From the NCBI GenBank assembly GCA_029717555.1, contig JAMDHS010000092.1, positions 1-64,000 on the forward strand: DNA of 64,000 nucleotides, given 5' to 3'. The translations under genes were made by a program, and so were the position numbers. Positions 20,973-35,900 of the stretch are shown here, in pieces. The stretch comes from Peribolospora baueri. Taxonomy: Eukaryota. The notes under the pieces were generated by a model that saw only the letters and a program-made list of their open reading frames with translations, ran no database searches and was not told the origin of the DNA. Within the stretch, counting starts at the first letter, position 1; the number at the start of each line of letters is the position of its first letter.

Positions 20973-23900
20973 ATGTCGACATCTACTGCCCCGTCTTCCC
21001 ACGGTGCCACCCCACCCTCTCATCCTTTCTCGACCCTCCCCGCAGACAATCCAGTCTCGCCTTTCCCCTGCCTCTCCGGCTTGCGCACCAGTGCCCTTCG
21101 CCCCCATCCCGGACCTGACGTCGACGCCCTTGTTACCGATGACGGCAGCGTCGTCGAAGCGAGCCTCAAGGTCGCGGCGGACGATCTTGGCTGGGACGAG
21201 GTGGAGAGGAGGGAGAGCGAGTGGAAAGTTCACCGAGGCACAGTAGCGAGTGCCGCTTGGGCCGTGTTGCTGGTAAGTGCAGATAGGAAGACATGCGAGC
21301 TTATCGACGATCGGCGGCGTGTACCTCAGACCTCACCCAACTGCGACTGTGATCGTCCCTAGACGCATCTCTCCGAGTCGGACAACCCCTTGGAGGACAC
21401 GACGACCATCAAGTCGGTCGTTTTTGCTTCCTCCTTCACTGGTTCGGACCAACTCGTGCCTCTCCGGGTACACGGCCTGGGCAAAGAAGCGACGAACCGC
21501 CAGGTTGTCGAGGAATTGAACGAGCAACGGATCGCCAGGCGCAAGGGCGAATCAAGCTGGTCGCAAGTCTGGGACACAGCTTTGATCGTGGATGGAAGAG
21601 GAAAGGCTGCTGAGATGGCCAAGTGGAAGGACGCCACGGGACCCGGAAAAGACGTGAGTTTTCCTCGCGAGTGAGTGAATGTCCACTATGGTGGTCACCA
21701 CCGGCTCAGGTCACGTTTCCACCCCACTTTCTCGTTTCAGCTTGCTCTGCTCTTGAGCATCTCCAAGCCAGAAGGCACTTCGGCCTGGACCATGCTCGCC
21801 CGCTCTTTCCACCCGCTCTCTAGCGGCTCCTCGCTGAAGCTTCTCCTCCGTCAGCTGCTGGCCACTTTGATCTATATCGTCCGTCATCCATCCTTGCCTG
21901 CACTCGCTCTCGCTGGCGGCTGGGGAAGGGACGCGCCGGAGATGGGGAACGGCCCTTTTCGCGAGGATTTGCTCGCGTCGAACAACCCTCGGCCTGTTCA
22001 GCTCTCTCATTCGACCGGCACCGGAGGGTTGAACGATGAACTCTTCCATCACCAATTCGAGCGCGCCGCACGTGGCACAGATGAGGACAAGCTCGCCTTT
22101 TGGTTCAGGTGGGGCACGTCCGACGAGTACGATCAGGCCACCGAGAAGAAAGAAGTGAGGTGGACGTATGAAGAGCTGGACAGGCGTGCGGAGGAGGTCA
22201 AGGAGAAGCTCTGGCGGTGCGGTGTGGGCAGAATCCGCAGGGCCGAAGACGAGACCAAGGATCACATCGTCGCTCTGTATCTCGAGAAGAGTCCGGAGAC
22301 ATACGTCGCCATTCTAGGCGTCCTCAAGGCGAGCGCCTCCTCATCCTTTCTTGACACTATCCGTCAGTCGTATTGTGGATCATCAGTCGACTGTGATCGT
22401 CCTAACATGTGTTGCTTCTTGCCAAAAGGCCGGCGCAGCTTTTTGTCCCATCGACACCTCCACGCCAGCCAAGCGACGATCCTCCCTTCTCAGCCGGTCG
22501 GGTGCCTCTGTCGTCCTCACAGCCGGTGACGCCATCTCCTCTGCTCTGGAGCAAGTGCGACCGTCCCACATGACGGCGATCCACATCGACCGTCCGGGCT
22601 GCTCGGCTCAAGGACATTCTGAGCCATTCGAGCGCGAATCCCACGGCGTGCTGAATGGTCATGTGGAGGAGTTTGGCAAGGAAAGAGATGTCACGCCGGC
22701 CGATTTGGCCTATGTGATTTGGACGAGCGGCACCACTGGAGAGCCGAAAGGCGTAGGTGTTCCACACGCCAGGTGAGCTCTCGTCTCGTCTCCGCTGACG
22801 GATGCCTGCAGCGACGTGTCCTTCTTTGACCCGTCTCAACGGGCCTGCCGAACGTTCACATTGACATTATCTTTTTTTTTTTTTTCTTTTTGCGATGGCG
22901 GTTCCTTTCCGAAGCGCCGTGCAAGCTCTTCGAGCACTACAAGACGTTATCCCACGCGGTGAAGGCGATGTGCGCTATCTGCAGTTCAGCGAGTACAACT
23001 TTGACCTGATGATCATGGATTGCTTCTACGGTGAGGTCTCAAACAGAAGCCTTTCTGGGGTTGCTGGGATGAAACGTCGGCTCTCCTGTCTTTCCCATGG
23101 CTGATCCTTCGCTTTCGTCTCCCGTCTTCCAGCATGGGGTGTCTCTGGTGCCATTTGCACTGCGCCACGGAGCCTGCTCCTGTCGTCTCTTATCCCAGTT
23201 TGCAACGTCTTCAATGCTACGCATACGCTATTGACCCCTGCCGTCCTTGCCGGCATGCCGAGGAACGATATTCCGACCATGCGCGTGGTCGTCAATGGGG
23301 GAGAAAAGCTCAGTGAGGTCGTCGCTGACGAGTGGAGTCGACATTGTTGCTTGCTGAACGTGAGTCGCCACAGGCTTCCACTGAATAAGGTCCTGTGAGG
23401 TCGTCCGGGTTGAATCGACTTCCGCCTTTCCTACCTGATCTTATTTCTCTAGCTTTACGGCCCGGCGGAGGCGACATTGATTGCAATGAGTGAGCGTAGG
23501 ACGGCAGACCGACATGTTGGACCATCTCGTGGCCTGTATGACTGAACCGTTCCACATTTAACCGCAGATCGACGCGTGCCAGAGGGAGACGTTTTTAAGG
23601 CTCCAAACATTGGCGTTGCCCTGCCCACCGTCTCGACGCACGCTGTGAACGGAAAAGGCCAGATCGTCCCAAAAGGGGCGATTGGGGAACTCGTCCTCGG
23701 CGGCTTTCAACTCGCCAGGGAGTACATGAACGCTCCCGAGAAGACGGCGGACAAGTTCGTGGATCATCCTCAGCTTGGTAGGGTCTACAGAACTGGCGAT
23801 TTGGTGCGTCAGCTCGCGGACGAGAGCTTTGAATTCCTCGGGAGGGATGACGATCAGGTCAAGATCAATGGGATTCGGATCGAGCTATTGGGTGAGTTGT

Positions 23901-26900
23901 TGCAAAAGGACTGCACAAGATAGAGGCGGCTCTAAGGGCCTTCTCCTTTCTGGTCCATGTAGAGATCAACGCCGCTCTCAAGGGCTCTCATTCGTCTGTG
24001 ACGGATTCGGAGACGATGGCCGTCCCTCGGGGCAACGACGTCATGATCGTCGCCTTCTTGGTCGCTCCTCTCTCTGCTCCAGGAGACGCGTTCGTCCGAC
24101 TTGACGATGAAGCTGCCGAGGTGGCGAGGGGGGCGCGACAGTGTGCTCGCGACACTCTGCCAAGCTACATGGTTCCTTCTCTCGTTGTCGTCCTCTCCAG
24201 GTTTCCGCGCACGTCGTCCGCCAAGATTGACAGGGTCGCTTTGAAGGCCTATTTGGCAGACTTGGACGTGCTCGAATGGGAGAGGAAGATCGGAGGGGAG
24301 ACTCCAGGTGACGACGACGAGGCTACCTGGAGCGGGGTTGACAAGAAGCTGAGATTGTGGCTGGCCAAGATGTGCCATGTTCCGGCGGGAAGGATCGGCC
24401 GGGGAACACCTTTTCCAAGCCTCGGACTTGACTCAGTATGTCTCCCTAGCACTCTGTCTGAAGTTAGGGTTTGCTCTTGGCTGTGGGTGACGAGCTTTTT
24501 GTTCAAATGCCTTTCCACAGATCAAAGCCATCTCTTTCTCTTCTCACCTTCGAAGCGATGGCATCTCGGTCTCAGTGGTGGATATCGTGGAAAATCCCAC
24601 CATTCGTCAGCTAGGTTCGCTCCTCGCTTCCTCTGCTGCAGGAGAGGCGCGAGCGGCACGGACCAAGCGAGCGGCCGAACGCCTTCACGGGTTCGACTCT
24701 CACTTCCGACCATCTGTGCTCAATAGCTTGCAGCTGAAATCTGAGAGCATAAAAGCAGTCTTCCCGGCTACCTCACTGCAGGAGGGCATGTTGTCGGAGA
24801 GTCAGCGCCGCGAAGACTCGTACTGGCTTCACAGACTCTTCCGCTTGTCGGACGATGCGGACCTCCAACGGATTCAGAAGGCCGTTGAGATGGTTGTTGA
24901 TGAAGTCGACATACTACGCACGGGCTTCGTGGACGTTGGTCAGCTGGACGGAGCGGCGCCAAGAATGGACGGCTTCCAACCGTGAGTACAGGGTGTCGAT
25001 ATTTTAGAGAAAAGGATAGCTCAACATATCTGGCACGTTTTTGGCTGGTAGTGTCTTCCTCCAGGTGGTGTACAACTCGATCTCTCAACCCGCCTTTGGA
25101 CACTTGAATCTCTCTCGTTACGAGGACCCCGAGTCGACTGTGTTGCAGTGGTCGCGAGTCGGTTTACCAACGAGCCTTACCGGCCGGCCACCTCTCGCGT
25201 TCGCCTTCATCAGCCAAGCCTCTCGGCGGTGGATGTTAATGAAAGCGCACCACAGCATTTACGGCGAGTTGGAAATAACAGTAGGCTCTCATGAGTGCTC
25301 ATCCTTTGACTTATTCGCGACCTTGCCTCCTGCGTTTCTAGACGGCCAGTCTCTACGTTTGATCCAGGAACGCATTAGACAGCGATACCTCGGTCAACGA
25401 ATACCACCGCCCATCCCTTTTTCTGTTTCCCTACATCACGTCGTCCCCCTCGATGAGCAAGAGACCGAGGACATGTCTCGTGTCTGGGAGCATGCTTTGG
25501 GCAACTATCCCAAATGCCAGACACTTTCCTTCCCGGACCTTTCTGGCACGACCGCCCCTTCACCGAAGGCTATCAGCAAGCACACTAAAATCTCGTCAAG
25601 TTCGTCCTCAGATGTAGATGCGGCATCCAGGTCTTTGGGAGTTTCTTCCCGTTCGCTCTTGCAGGCGGCGTGGTGCTGTCTTTTGGCCGCATATCTGGAG
25701 ACCGACAGTGTCCTGTTAGGAGACTCTGTTTCTGGACGAGATGGCGACGTGGATTTGGCTACAGTACTCGGACCGGTTCTGTCGACTCTAGCTGTCCCAG
25801 TCGTCCTCCAGGAGAGGAGCACACGCGCAGACGTCGTACGTTCTATTGACGCATTCCACCGCTCCGTCGCGAGGCATCAACATATTCCACTGAGTCGCGT
25901 ACGCCGCATCCTCGGCACGCCGACGAATCAGCAGCTCTTCCAAAGCGTCTTCGTCTTGGAACCTGAGCCCGACTCCTCTCGCGAGGGGGAGCAACGGAAG
26001 AGCCCTGGCCTATGGTTTGACGGTGACCTTGGCATCGACGTCGAACATCCAACAGCGCTCGAGGTTCAAAAGGACGGCATGGGTAAATTTCGAATTACCC
26101 TTCTCAGGCAGACGAAGCTAATCTCTGCAGAGCATGGAGCCCTCCTTCTCGACCAGTTCGATGCCATGCTTTTCACCTTCATCAGCGATCCATCCGGCTC
26201 TGTTGAGACCTCATTTTTGTCTTACCCAAGAAACTTGCTCTCTATTTCTCACAATCATCTGAACGAGACTCCTCAAGAGAGCTACGACGTAGTTACTAGC
26301 CGTATTTCACGCCAAACCCGATCCCGACCTCACGCACCCGCACTTACTTTCGCCAGCTCAATTGCACCTGCACACGTCGAATGCACGACATTAAATTATC
26401 AAGATCTTGAAAATGTACGTATGCCCACCCGCCCCGTTCGTACTTCTGTTTTCTCGCCGACTGACATGTCTATGCGCCTCGCAGGCATCTAATCAATTGG
26501 CTCGATATCTGCACACCCGAGGATACCTCAACAAGGTTGTAGCTGTCGCTCTTCCGCGCTCTGTAAACACTTATATCTGCATGCTCGGAGTCCTCAAGGC
26601 TGGCAATGTGAGTGATTCCTTTGCTTGTCTTTACTTTGCTGACATCGCGTTGATGACATGTGACACCATCTCCTTGACCTGGCCGTCGCAGGGTGAGACC
26701 AAGTTTGATCCTGTGTTGTCGTCGATGTCAATCGTTTTGACTAGCAAATGTTTCGCCACCAGTCTTCCTCCCTATCGATGTGTCCTTACCGGCCGAGCGT
26801 CGCAAATTTCTAGCCGCAGACGCCGAGGCGAGCTTGGTTTTCACAAATACTCATTTTTCCGCCGATTTCGGCTCGAGCTCTGTTCCTGTCGCTCTTGTTG

Positions 26901-29900
26901 ATGCGGAGGATTACAAGTCTGCCGTTGGTCGTGAAAGCAAAGGACCATTAGACGCTCATATCCGCCCGGATGACCTTGCTTATATTCTATACACCTCGGT
27001 AAGTTCGTAGATTCCGATGTTTAGGCCACTTTTCAAGGAGGTACTGCTGACGTTTGTCTCGATACCAGGGCACGACAGGCAAACCGAAAGGAGTCAAGAT
27101 CAGCCATGGAAATCTCGGTAAGATACGGACGGATATGGGATGACCCAAGAGAAGCTTGCTGATTTCAAGGCACTCCCTCATCATCAATCCACTGCATAAT
27201 CCAGACGCTGCTATTGAAGGCTTTCGTCTCATGTATGAGAGAGAAGCACCAGGATCCCTTTTGGAAGCTCGATTTCTCGGTGAGACAAAGCTTTTGCAGT
27301 TCCATACTTGCGACGATTTTCTGAAACCCACATTTCTCATTAACGGTACAGCACGGTCTCCCGAAGCTTTCGACGTATCTTTCCTTGAAACGTTCCTTCC
27401 TCTTGTTGTAGGGGCTACCATAGTCACGGCCCCCAGAGAAGTCCTCCTTGCCGACCTTGGGTAAGTACAGTTGTGATGAAGATATCGGCATACCTTCATT
27501 GACATCTGCCTTCCCTAACCAGCTTGACTTTTACCAAACTGGAGGTGACGCACGCGTGGTAAGGATAAGCTATTCAATGCGCCATCTAATATCATGTATC
27601 ATGTTCAGAGGACCCTTCTTTTGACTCCATTGTTATCTGCTCACAGCATGGTTCCGAGCCTGTTGCATTCTCAAGGAGGCAAGCTATTTCCTGCAAATCT
27701 TCCATCACTACGTGCATTAGTTGTAGGAGGTAAGGGCCGCATGTTTCGCTGAAAGCTTCGGGAGCATGTGCCTCTTCATGACTATGTGCTTCTGACGGCT
27801 TTTTCTAAGTAGGCGAGAAGCTGTCTCAAGATATCATCGACCGCTGGGCGGCGTCCGGTATACCCTTGCTGAATGCTTACGGTACGTTTTTTTTCTCCTT
27901 TCGCTATGACACAATATGCGGGTGTGCTTCACTGGAGGCTTATGTACGTGTTAACGATATAATACTGCATTTAGGTCCCAGCGAGTGAGTGCACAGTTTC
28001 CACATTGATATTTTATACCAATCTCACGCGATTGATAATCTGAACCGACCAACCAGAGCTACCATCGGCATTTCCGTCGCTCGGGTTCTCAAAGGTTCGA
28101 CGACCCGGAATGTTGGCAAGCCGTTCTCTGGAACCGAAGTCTTTGTCATGAAGCTTGTGGATGGGGATATTCAGCCTGCGCCACGGGGAGCTACCGGCGA
28201 GCTTTACATAGCGGGGGCCCAGGTGGCTTGCGGCTATCTCAAACGACCGGATCTGAAAGCTTTTGCAAGCTGGAAAGGCCGTACCTTGTACCGCACGGGG
28301 TCAGCGCCATCGTCGGACTTACTTTCATTCTCGTCTCTGAAGATAGCAGACTGACTATTTGCTTATCTTCTTTCTTATCTTGACATTATCAGGGACGCCG
28401 CTCGCCTCTCAGTCCACGATGAGATTGAGATACTTGGGAGAATTGACGACGATAGCCAGGTCAAAATCAGAGGCGCAAGTGAGTTCCAGGGCTTCCGTTC
28501 TGTCCTAGCTATGTCATTTACTGAGGCCGCTGAATTCCCATTTCGTGAATGTTGTCCTCTGGAAGGGCTTGAGTTGGAAGAAGTTTCTGCTGTGCTTCGT
28601 AAAGCCGCTCTTCCTGTGGTGTTACAGGTCGTCTGTTTGCTGGCCTCTCACCCGGAGCTACCTCGGGAAGTCCTCGTCTCATTTATAGTCCCTCCAGCGA
28701 GCCCGCCACTCAACAACGTCCTTACGGTCGTCGATGACCATGCCGAGCTGGTGAAGAACCTTCATATCAGGATCCGGAACGTCCTTCCTAGCTACATGCT
28801 GCCTTCATTCATTGTGCCTATCTCAACAATCCCACTTGCGCCGGGGTCCTCCAAAGCCGATGCCACAACTCTAAAGAATTTCTTTGCTAGGACTTCTCTC
28901 GCCCATCTACGAGGACTCAGGCCGGATGAAGACCGCGCACTCAGTCAAGACGAGATCAAAGTTTTCGACATCATGCGTAAGGTGCAAGAGAACTTGCCTA
29001 AGTTGCTCAGCCCCTCTGCAGACATTTTCAGTCTCGGCTTTGACTCCCGTAAGTTTTTTTTTGGCCATCTTTATGCGTGCATGCCGTAATGAAGCGTGTA
29101 GGGAAAAGCTCTCACCACACCATACTTCTTATGCAATTATGTCACTCAGTCTCCGCCATTCCGCTGGTCTCAAAATTGAGGCAGGAAGGTTGTGACATCA
29201 GTCTTTCCCAAATCATGATTGAGCCGAGCATAGAGCGCATTGCTCGACGATTTAATTCAAGCCAGACAGCTTCTGCAGAGGACGATTCTGCTTTGTCACC
29301 TTGGAACAAGCTTGGACCGATGCTCAAGCAGAAGACAAGCCAATATCTCTCCATACCGGCGGAGGACATCTTGGTTGTTATGCCTTGTTTGCCTCTTCAA
29401 GCTTCTCTCCTCACGATCTCGGCATCGTCGGAGAAGGCGCTGTACGTCAACGAGGTACTGCTGGAGCTTTCGCCACACATTGACGCAGATCGTCTACGTA
29501 GGGCCTGGGAGGATGCGCAAGCGTCAAACGAGATCCTGCGCACTGTCTTCTGTGACATCGAGGGCCAATTCCAGCAGGTTGTGTTACGACACTCGTCACT
29601 GTCTTGGGACGATGTCTATATCACCGATGAGGAGCTTTCCTCGGCTCGTCAATGCTACCATCAAATTAGTGCCGTCGACATCACTCAAAACGTTCACTCG
29701 CGGCCTCCCTTTCGATTGCGCCTGTGGAAACAAGATCGCAAAACTTGTCTTTCGCTTTGCATCCATCATGGTCTTTACGATGGAGAGTCGCTTCGGCTGC
29801 TTCTTCGAGACGTGGAGGACCACTATCTGGGTCGGTCCCTGAGCCCATCGCCTTCTATGCATCCGATTGCGAGACAGGCGTTCAAGGTCGCCAAGGACCC

Positions 29901-32900
29901 TGCGACTAAAGCATTTTGGGTTTCGACGCTGGAAAATATCACGATCTCCGACTTCCCTACTCTCACCGGTCTGCGGACAACCGCCGGTTCCCGGGAATCG
30001 GAGTCGGCACGCTGCTGCATACCATTGTCGAAACTCAAAGAAGTCGCGCAACGTTGCGGGGTAACCTTGCATACCTTAGCGTTGACAGCCCAGGTTTCGT
30101 AAGTTGACTGCTTTCATATTGTCGATTGAAGCCGTTCACAAATCTTTGTTGTATACGTTGTCTGGCGCAGCCTTCTGTCCAAGTATTTTGGGGAAGGTTA
30201 GTGGATTGCTTCTGCTCCGCATCTTCCGGTGTCTACTTGAGACTGATCACCCATCTGCTTGGCAGACGATGTCACCCTCGGTCTTGTCCTGAGCGGGAGA
30301 TCCTTGACGTTAGACGGTGTCGACGTCAGCAAGATCCGGGGACCCTGCGTGGCGACTTTACCATTTAGGGTCACGAAAATTTGGGATCGACTTCTGCCCG
30401 AAGCCGTGCAGAAGGCATACACTGCAATTTTACCCTATCAACACACAGCCCTTTCATCCATCTCAAAATGGCTGAAGCAAGAGCGGCCCCTCTTCGACAC
30501 ACTCTTTTCCTTCGTTGTGAAGTCTTTCACCTTTTACGAATTGTGGACCGAGGCCTCCTCCGTCATGGACACAGGAGTGAGTTCTTCTAACGTCTATAGT
30601 ATCTATCCTATATTGCACTCACACGCCTCTTCCCGCCATCGCCGTCATAGTATCCTCTCGCTTTGGAAGTAGAGGTCGACAACGAGGCAGACGCGATAAA
30701 CCTACAGCTCATATACGACTCCGGCAGGCTCCCGGCGTCACAGGCACGGCTCTACCTGCAACACTTCGACACTATCTTGCAAGGAATTGAAGCTACAATA
30801 CAGAGAGCAAGTAACAACCTTCCTACGACGAATCTCCTGTCTGTTATCAATAGTCCACCTCTCTTTCCGACGGTAAATGATACGTTCCTCGGCCGCTTTA
30901 ACTCCGTTGTCGCAACACAACCTGAAGCTAGTAGGTTTTATATGCTTTCCGAGAGCTCAAACTTCTTTTTTTCGGAATGCTGAAAAATATTCTCCAATTC
31001 CCGGCTTACTTGAATAGTCGCTATCGAATGGTACGAGGCCTTGGAGAAAGAGCCTTCGTGCTGGTCATATCAAGAACTTGACAACGCGAGTAATGCCATC
31101 GCCGACCGGGTTAATGAAGAACAGGGATCGACTATTGCAGTTTACCTTCCGAAAGCGCCACTACTTTACGCCGCTATGCTCGGGTGCTGGAAAGCTGGCA
31201 AGGCGTACCTGCCTTTGGATCCTGCTTTACCTCGCGAGCGGATCGAGGTGAGAATAGTTCTTAACAAATCTGCATTTGCACCTTCCGACGTGTTTGTTCC
31301 TGAGCTCGTTCTATTGCGTTTTGCAGTACATGCTGCATACTGCGAATCATCCTCCAGTGCTTTGCAATGCAGATGGGGATATCTTTCTTAGACGCCTTCC
31401 TGGCATCAACACAGTTATCCTCAATGAGCTATCAGTGTCTTCAACTCGGCCGGCGAATATTTCACCTCTGGAGTCCATAGCCTACGTTCTATTTACCAGG
31501 TAAGTCGTTGGACACCATTCTTGTTCATTCCAGATGGCGCTTATGCCCTATTGTTTTCGTAAATGGCGAAGTGGAAGCACAGGGCGACCGAAGGTGAGGC
31601 GAGCATGGCTCATTTTTCGGAAACAGCGGCTAACGTTCTTCTCATATGTTGATACAGGGTGTTGAAATTAGTCACAGGGCCTTGGCCGGAGCGATCCTGT
31701 CCTGGCAGGACATGCTACCGCATCAGTCCGGATGGCGGATGCTGCAAGTGAGAGTGCATTTTGTTGACTTCAAGTTGCTGTTGCACTACTGAAGCAGGCT
31801 GTCCTATCCAATAACAGCTGGCATCGTCGGGTTTCGACGTTGCTATATTTGAGCTGTGCTTTCCCCTCTCCTCCGGCATGACGGTCACTAGCGCATCAAA
31901 GGAAGTCCTCCTTCAAGATGTAGCATCAGCCCTTGATCGTATGAGGATATCAGTTGTCGACCTGCCGGCAGCGCTTGCGTCTTCAGTCTATCGTAGGGAT
32001 GTTCCCAACCTCAGTGAGTTGTTTTGTTGCGTTCGCTCCATGTGTACATGTCCTCACGGATCGAGTGTGATTTCGGCTAGAATGGTTAATGAGCGGAGGA
32101 GACGCCATCTCAGACGATGTCCTGCAAGAATGGGGCGATACTGGAATGCTGATCAACGCATACGGGCCGACAGAAGGCTGCATCGGGAACACGCTGGGAT
32201 TGTAGGTTGTTTCTCCTAGTTTTAACGAGGTCACGCTCTGCTAGCTTCTGACAAGCCATTCTTCGATTGACCGCCTTGCAGTGTGGCCTCAAACACTCTG
32301 CGCTCTGTTGTGGTGAGTTTGCTGCTCTGCCTTAGACATCGCGAACGGGCTGACAACCGTCAAGGTTTTATCTTGCACATCAGGGAAAACCTTACCCGAC
32401 GAGTTCGATCTACGTCCTGGAGCCTGATAGCGTGAGGCTTTGTCTTGTCGGCTGCATAGGCGAAATTGTGAGTCGTGGCTAGACCATTTGCATTGCGTAC
32501 CAACCTATGAGAAGTTGAACTCTTTTTCCGTTTTAAGGCCGTTGGGGGGTCGCAGGTGGCCGAGGGCTACGTGGGCCGGGTCGACTTGACGCAAGAGAAG
32601 TTTGTGCGCCTGCCCGATGGCTCCCGTGTATACCGAACGGGAGACCGAGGTCGCATCTTGTCCAATGGCTTAATTGAATGTCTGGTGAGGACGCCTGTCC
32701 ACGCCGCGTTGCTTTCTTTTAAATTTTTGAAAAACTCTTCCGACTCAGACGCGTTCATCCCACGTTGTAGGGTCGCATCGAGCTCGGGCAGGTCAAGATA
32801 AACGGACAAAGAGTGGTATGTGCTAATTGAAGTCTGCCTTCCGGTTTTCGATCTTGCCTTCCGCTATCGATCTAATTGGCTTTCCCAAATTAATTTTCGT

Positions 32901-35900
32901 ACGTGTAGGAGCTCGAAGAGGTCTCGTCGACCTTGAGACGTCACCCGAACGTACAGGACGTGGACACACAGTATTTGCAGCACCCGTCTTTCCCATCTCG
33001 CCAGCTTATCTCCTTCTTCTCTTTGAACTCCAGAGCTGCACCAACTCTATCTCCAACAAATAGCAGGGAAGCTGAGGTACAATCAGGACTTGGTCTTCGG
33101 GACGATGCGTTGGCCTTTGACACAATGCGCGAGGTCGTAGATGCGGTAGCGGGAAGGTTACCGGCCTACATGCTTCCGAGCATTCACTTGGCTTTGATCG
33201 GAGATTTGCCCCTCACTCCAAACAACAAGGTCGACAGAAACAGGTTGGCACGCCTGTTTGTCTCAATGGACCCTCAACGCCTGCGCGAGCTGAGCTCGAC
33301 GCACGCCGTGAACGGTGGGCATTGGAGTCCGCGGGAGCTTGAATTGCGTAGTCTGCTAGCCGATCATTGTGGGGTAACGGAGGAGCAAATCACTCGAACG
33401 ACATGTGAGTCCGTTTCCTGTCCTCAGAAAGTTTAGACCTCGCCACTAACGAGGCATAACGTCAATCTTTGGCAGCATTTTTCCATCTGGGCTTTGATTC
33501 CCTTTCGGCTCTACGCCTGACTCGGACTCTCAAAGGGACAGGCTTGAATGTCAACGCAACTGATATCATGCAGAGACCATCCATCGCGCAGCTCTCGTCT
33601 TTAATGGAGACGAAAGCTTGTCGCGTCAAAGAGGTGTCAACAGCTACTCACGCCTTGTGGCAACAATCTGTCAAAGCGGTCGATCAGAATGCAATCAAGC
33701 TCAGTGCGGAAGACGAGGTCACATGCGTCTTCCCTTGTACACCGCTGCAGAGTGGTATGCTTACACAGGTAGGTGCTGCCTCGCGGGATTATTGACGCAA
33801 GATGGTACTGAAAGTCATCTTCCCTCCCGCCTGCCACGACCTCAAGACGTTGACGTCGAAATCCCAGCTATGTGAGTTGCCCCTTCTAATTTAAATCAAG
33901 GAAAGAACACCATGTGCTGAACACGAAGTTGCTGTACAATGGCAGACTTCAACCACTTTGCGTTTGTTCTTCATTGTGACGCCAAGGAGATGGCGGCGGC
34001 TTGGAAGCGGGAGGCAGAGCGACTGGACATCCTTCGCACGACGTTTCACTCGACTGACTACGGATGGGTCTCAGCAGTTCATCGCTGGGTCGAGGTCCTG
34101 ATTGAAGAGGTTCAGCTCCCGTCCAAGAGCGAACTCCATCAATATCTTGCGCGATCGCATGTCGAAAGCTCTGACGCTGAGGTCGTCTTTACTCGGCCCC
34201 CATGGAAGCTGACCATCTTTCATTTTGAACGACAAGCGTGGCTCGTAACCACCTTGCATCACTCGTAAGCACCGTATAAGCTTTGCACTGTGTAGGGTAG
34301 TTTGCTTATATAAGGCTTTACTTCGTATTTTATTCTTGTTCCTTTGCTTCAGGCTTTATGACGGACACTCCCTGCCCCTTTTGTTCGACGACGTCGCTAA
34401 AATCGTTCAAGACGGAAGTCCAGTGACCCGCCTGTCCTTCGCCGAACTGGCCCCACACCTGCTCCCCTCGGCTGAGGATACGAGCTACTGGGTAGACGCT
34501 CTAAGAGACTATTCTTCTTCGCTCCCGCTGTCGCGGTCCAAGGCAACGGTAGCGGAGGCATCCCGGCCATTGTCTGTCTCGAGATCACGTCTCACTCAAG
34601 CAGGAAAGCTTTTGGGTGTCTCACCACACTCTCTAATCACCCTTGCCTTTGCAAAAGCGCTTGCATCTCTCGCCTCACGCCGCGATGTGGTTTTCGGTCA
34701 AGTGCTCTCGTTGCGGGATTCGGTTGACGGTGCCAACACGACGATCGGACCAGCTTTCAATACCTTGCCGACAAGGGTATTCTTTAACGACGATAGCCGT
34801 ACGTCCAAAGAGCAGCTCCAACTTGTTCAAGCGGCTGACATGAAGGGACGAACACATCGCGCTGCCAGCCTTCGAGAAATTCAGTCAGCGCTAAAGACGC
34901 GCAACGGGGATTTACAGCTTTTCGACTCCATTTTAGTGTTTCAGCAATTGAACGAGAAGGAGAACAGCTCAGATACCAGTGTCTGGTCATCCATTCGTCT
35001 CGAAAGCCCCTCGCTTCCCCAAGTGAGTTGTGCTTGGTTCTTCATTCTCACTGCTCTTTTGCTTCGCCTTATTGATTTTAATTCTTAACTGCCCACAGTA
35101 TCCTATGAATGTTGAGGTCACGCAGACCGGTGAACAACTTGTCTTAGAAGCAGCGACAACAATCCTCGACTGCGACGAAGTAGCATCTTTTATTGAGCGA
35201 TACAACGTCATTCTCGAGGCCATGCTCACCGATCCCGACCAGCCGGCGATAGCCCTTCCTGATGGATACGGCCCACTTCCCACCCTCCAAGCAACAAAGT
35301 TACGTCTCAAAGAAAGAGCTAGCCCCTCGTGTCTCTATGACAATGGAGACACAGAGCCCCTGACCGAAGTGCAGTTGGCAATTCGACAAGTCGTCGCCGA
35401 GACGGCTAACGTCCAGGTCGACGAAGTCCGCCTTCGCACGCCTCTGACGATGTTTGGCCTTGACTCCATCTCGGCAATCCGGATTGCCTCTCGATGTCGC
35501 AAGCTCGGCGTCCAGATCCGGGTAGGGGACGTTATACAAGGACGACACATTCAAGGGATCGCCGCTCGTGTTCGATCAGATGCCATAGCTGATGGGTTGG
35601 CGAAGGATGCAGTGGACGTCCAGTGGAAGGACGAGAAACAGGCCGTTACGGACGTCCTACATCTTTCACCAGAAGACGTCGAGGTTGTCTTCCCCGTTCT
35701 TCCGGGTCAGCTCTTTTCCTTGGCTTCCTGGTTAAACAGCGGGCGCCGGTTTGGTGTTTTTTCGTGGGCATTCCGTTCTACGAGGAAGCTCGACCCGAAG
35801 AAGCTGGCCAAAGCCTGGGACGACCTGCGCGCCCGTCATGCCATTCTCCGCACGACTTTTATGGCAGGTCAGGGCCGAGGTCCTCTGCAGGTCGTCATGA

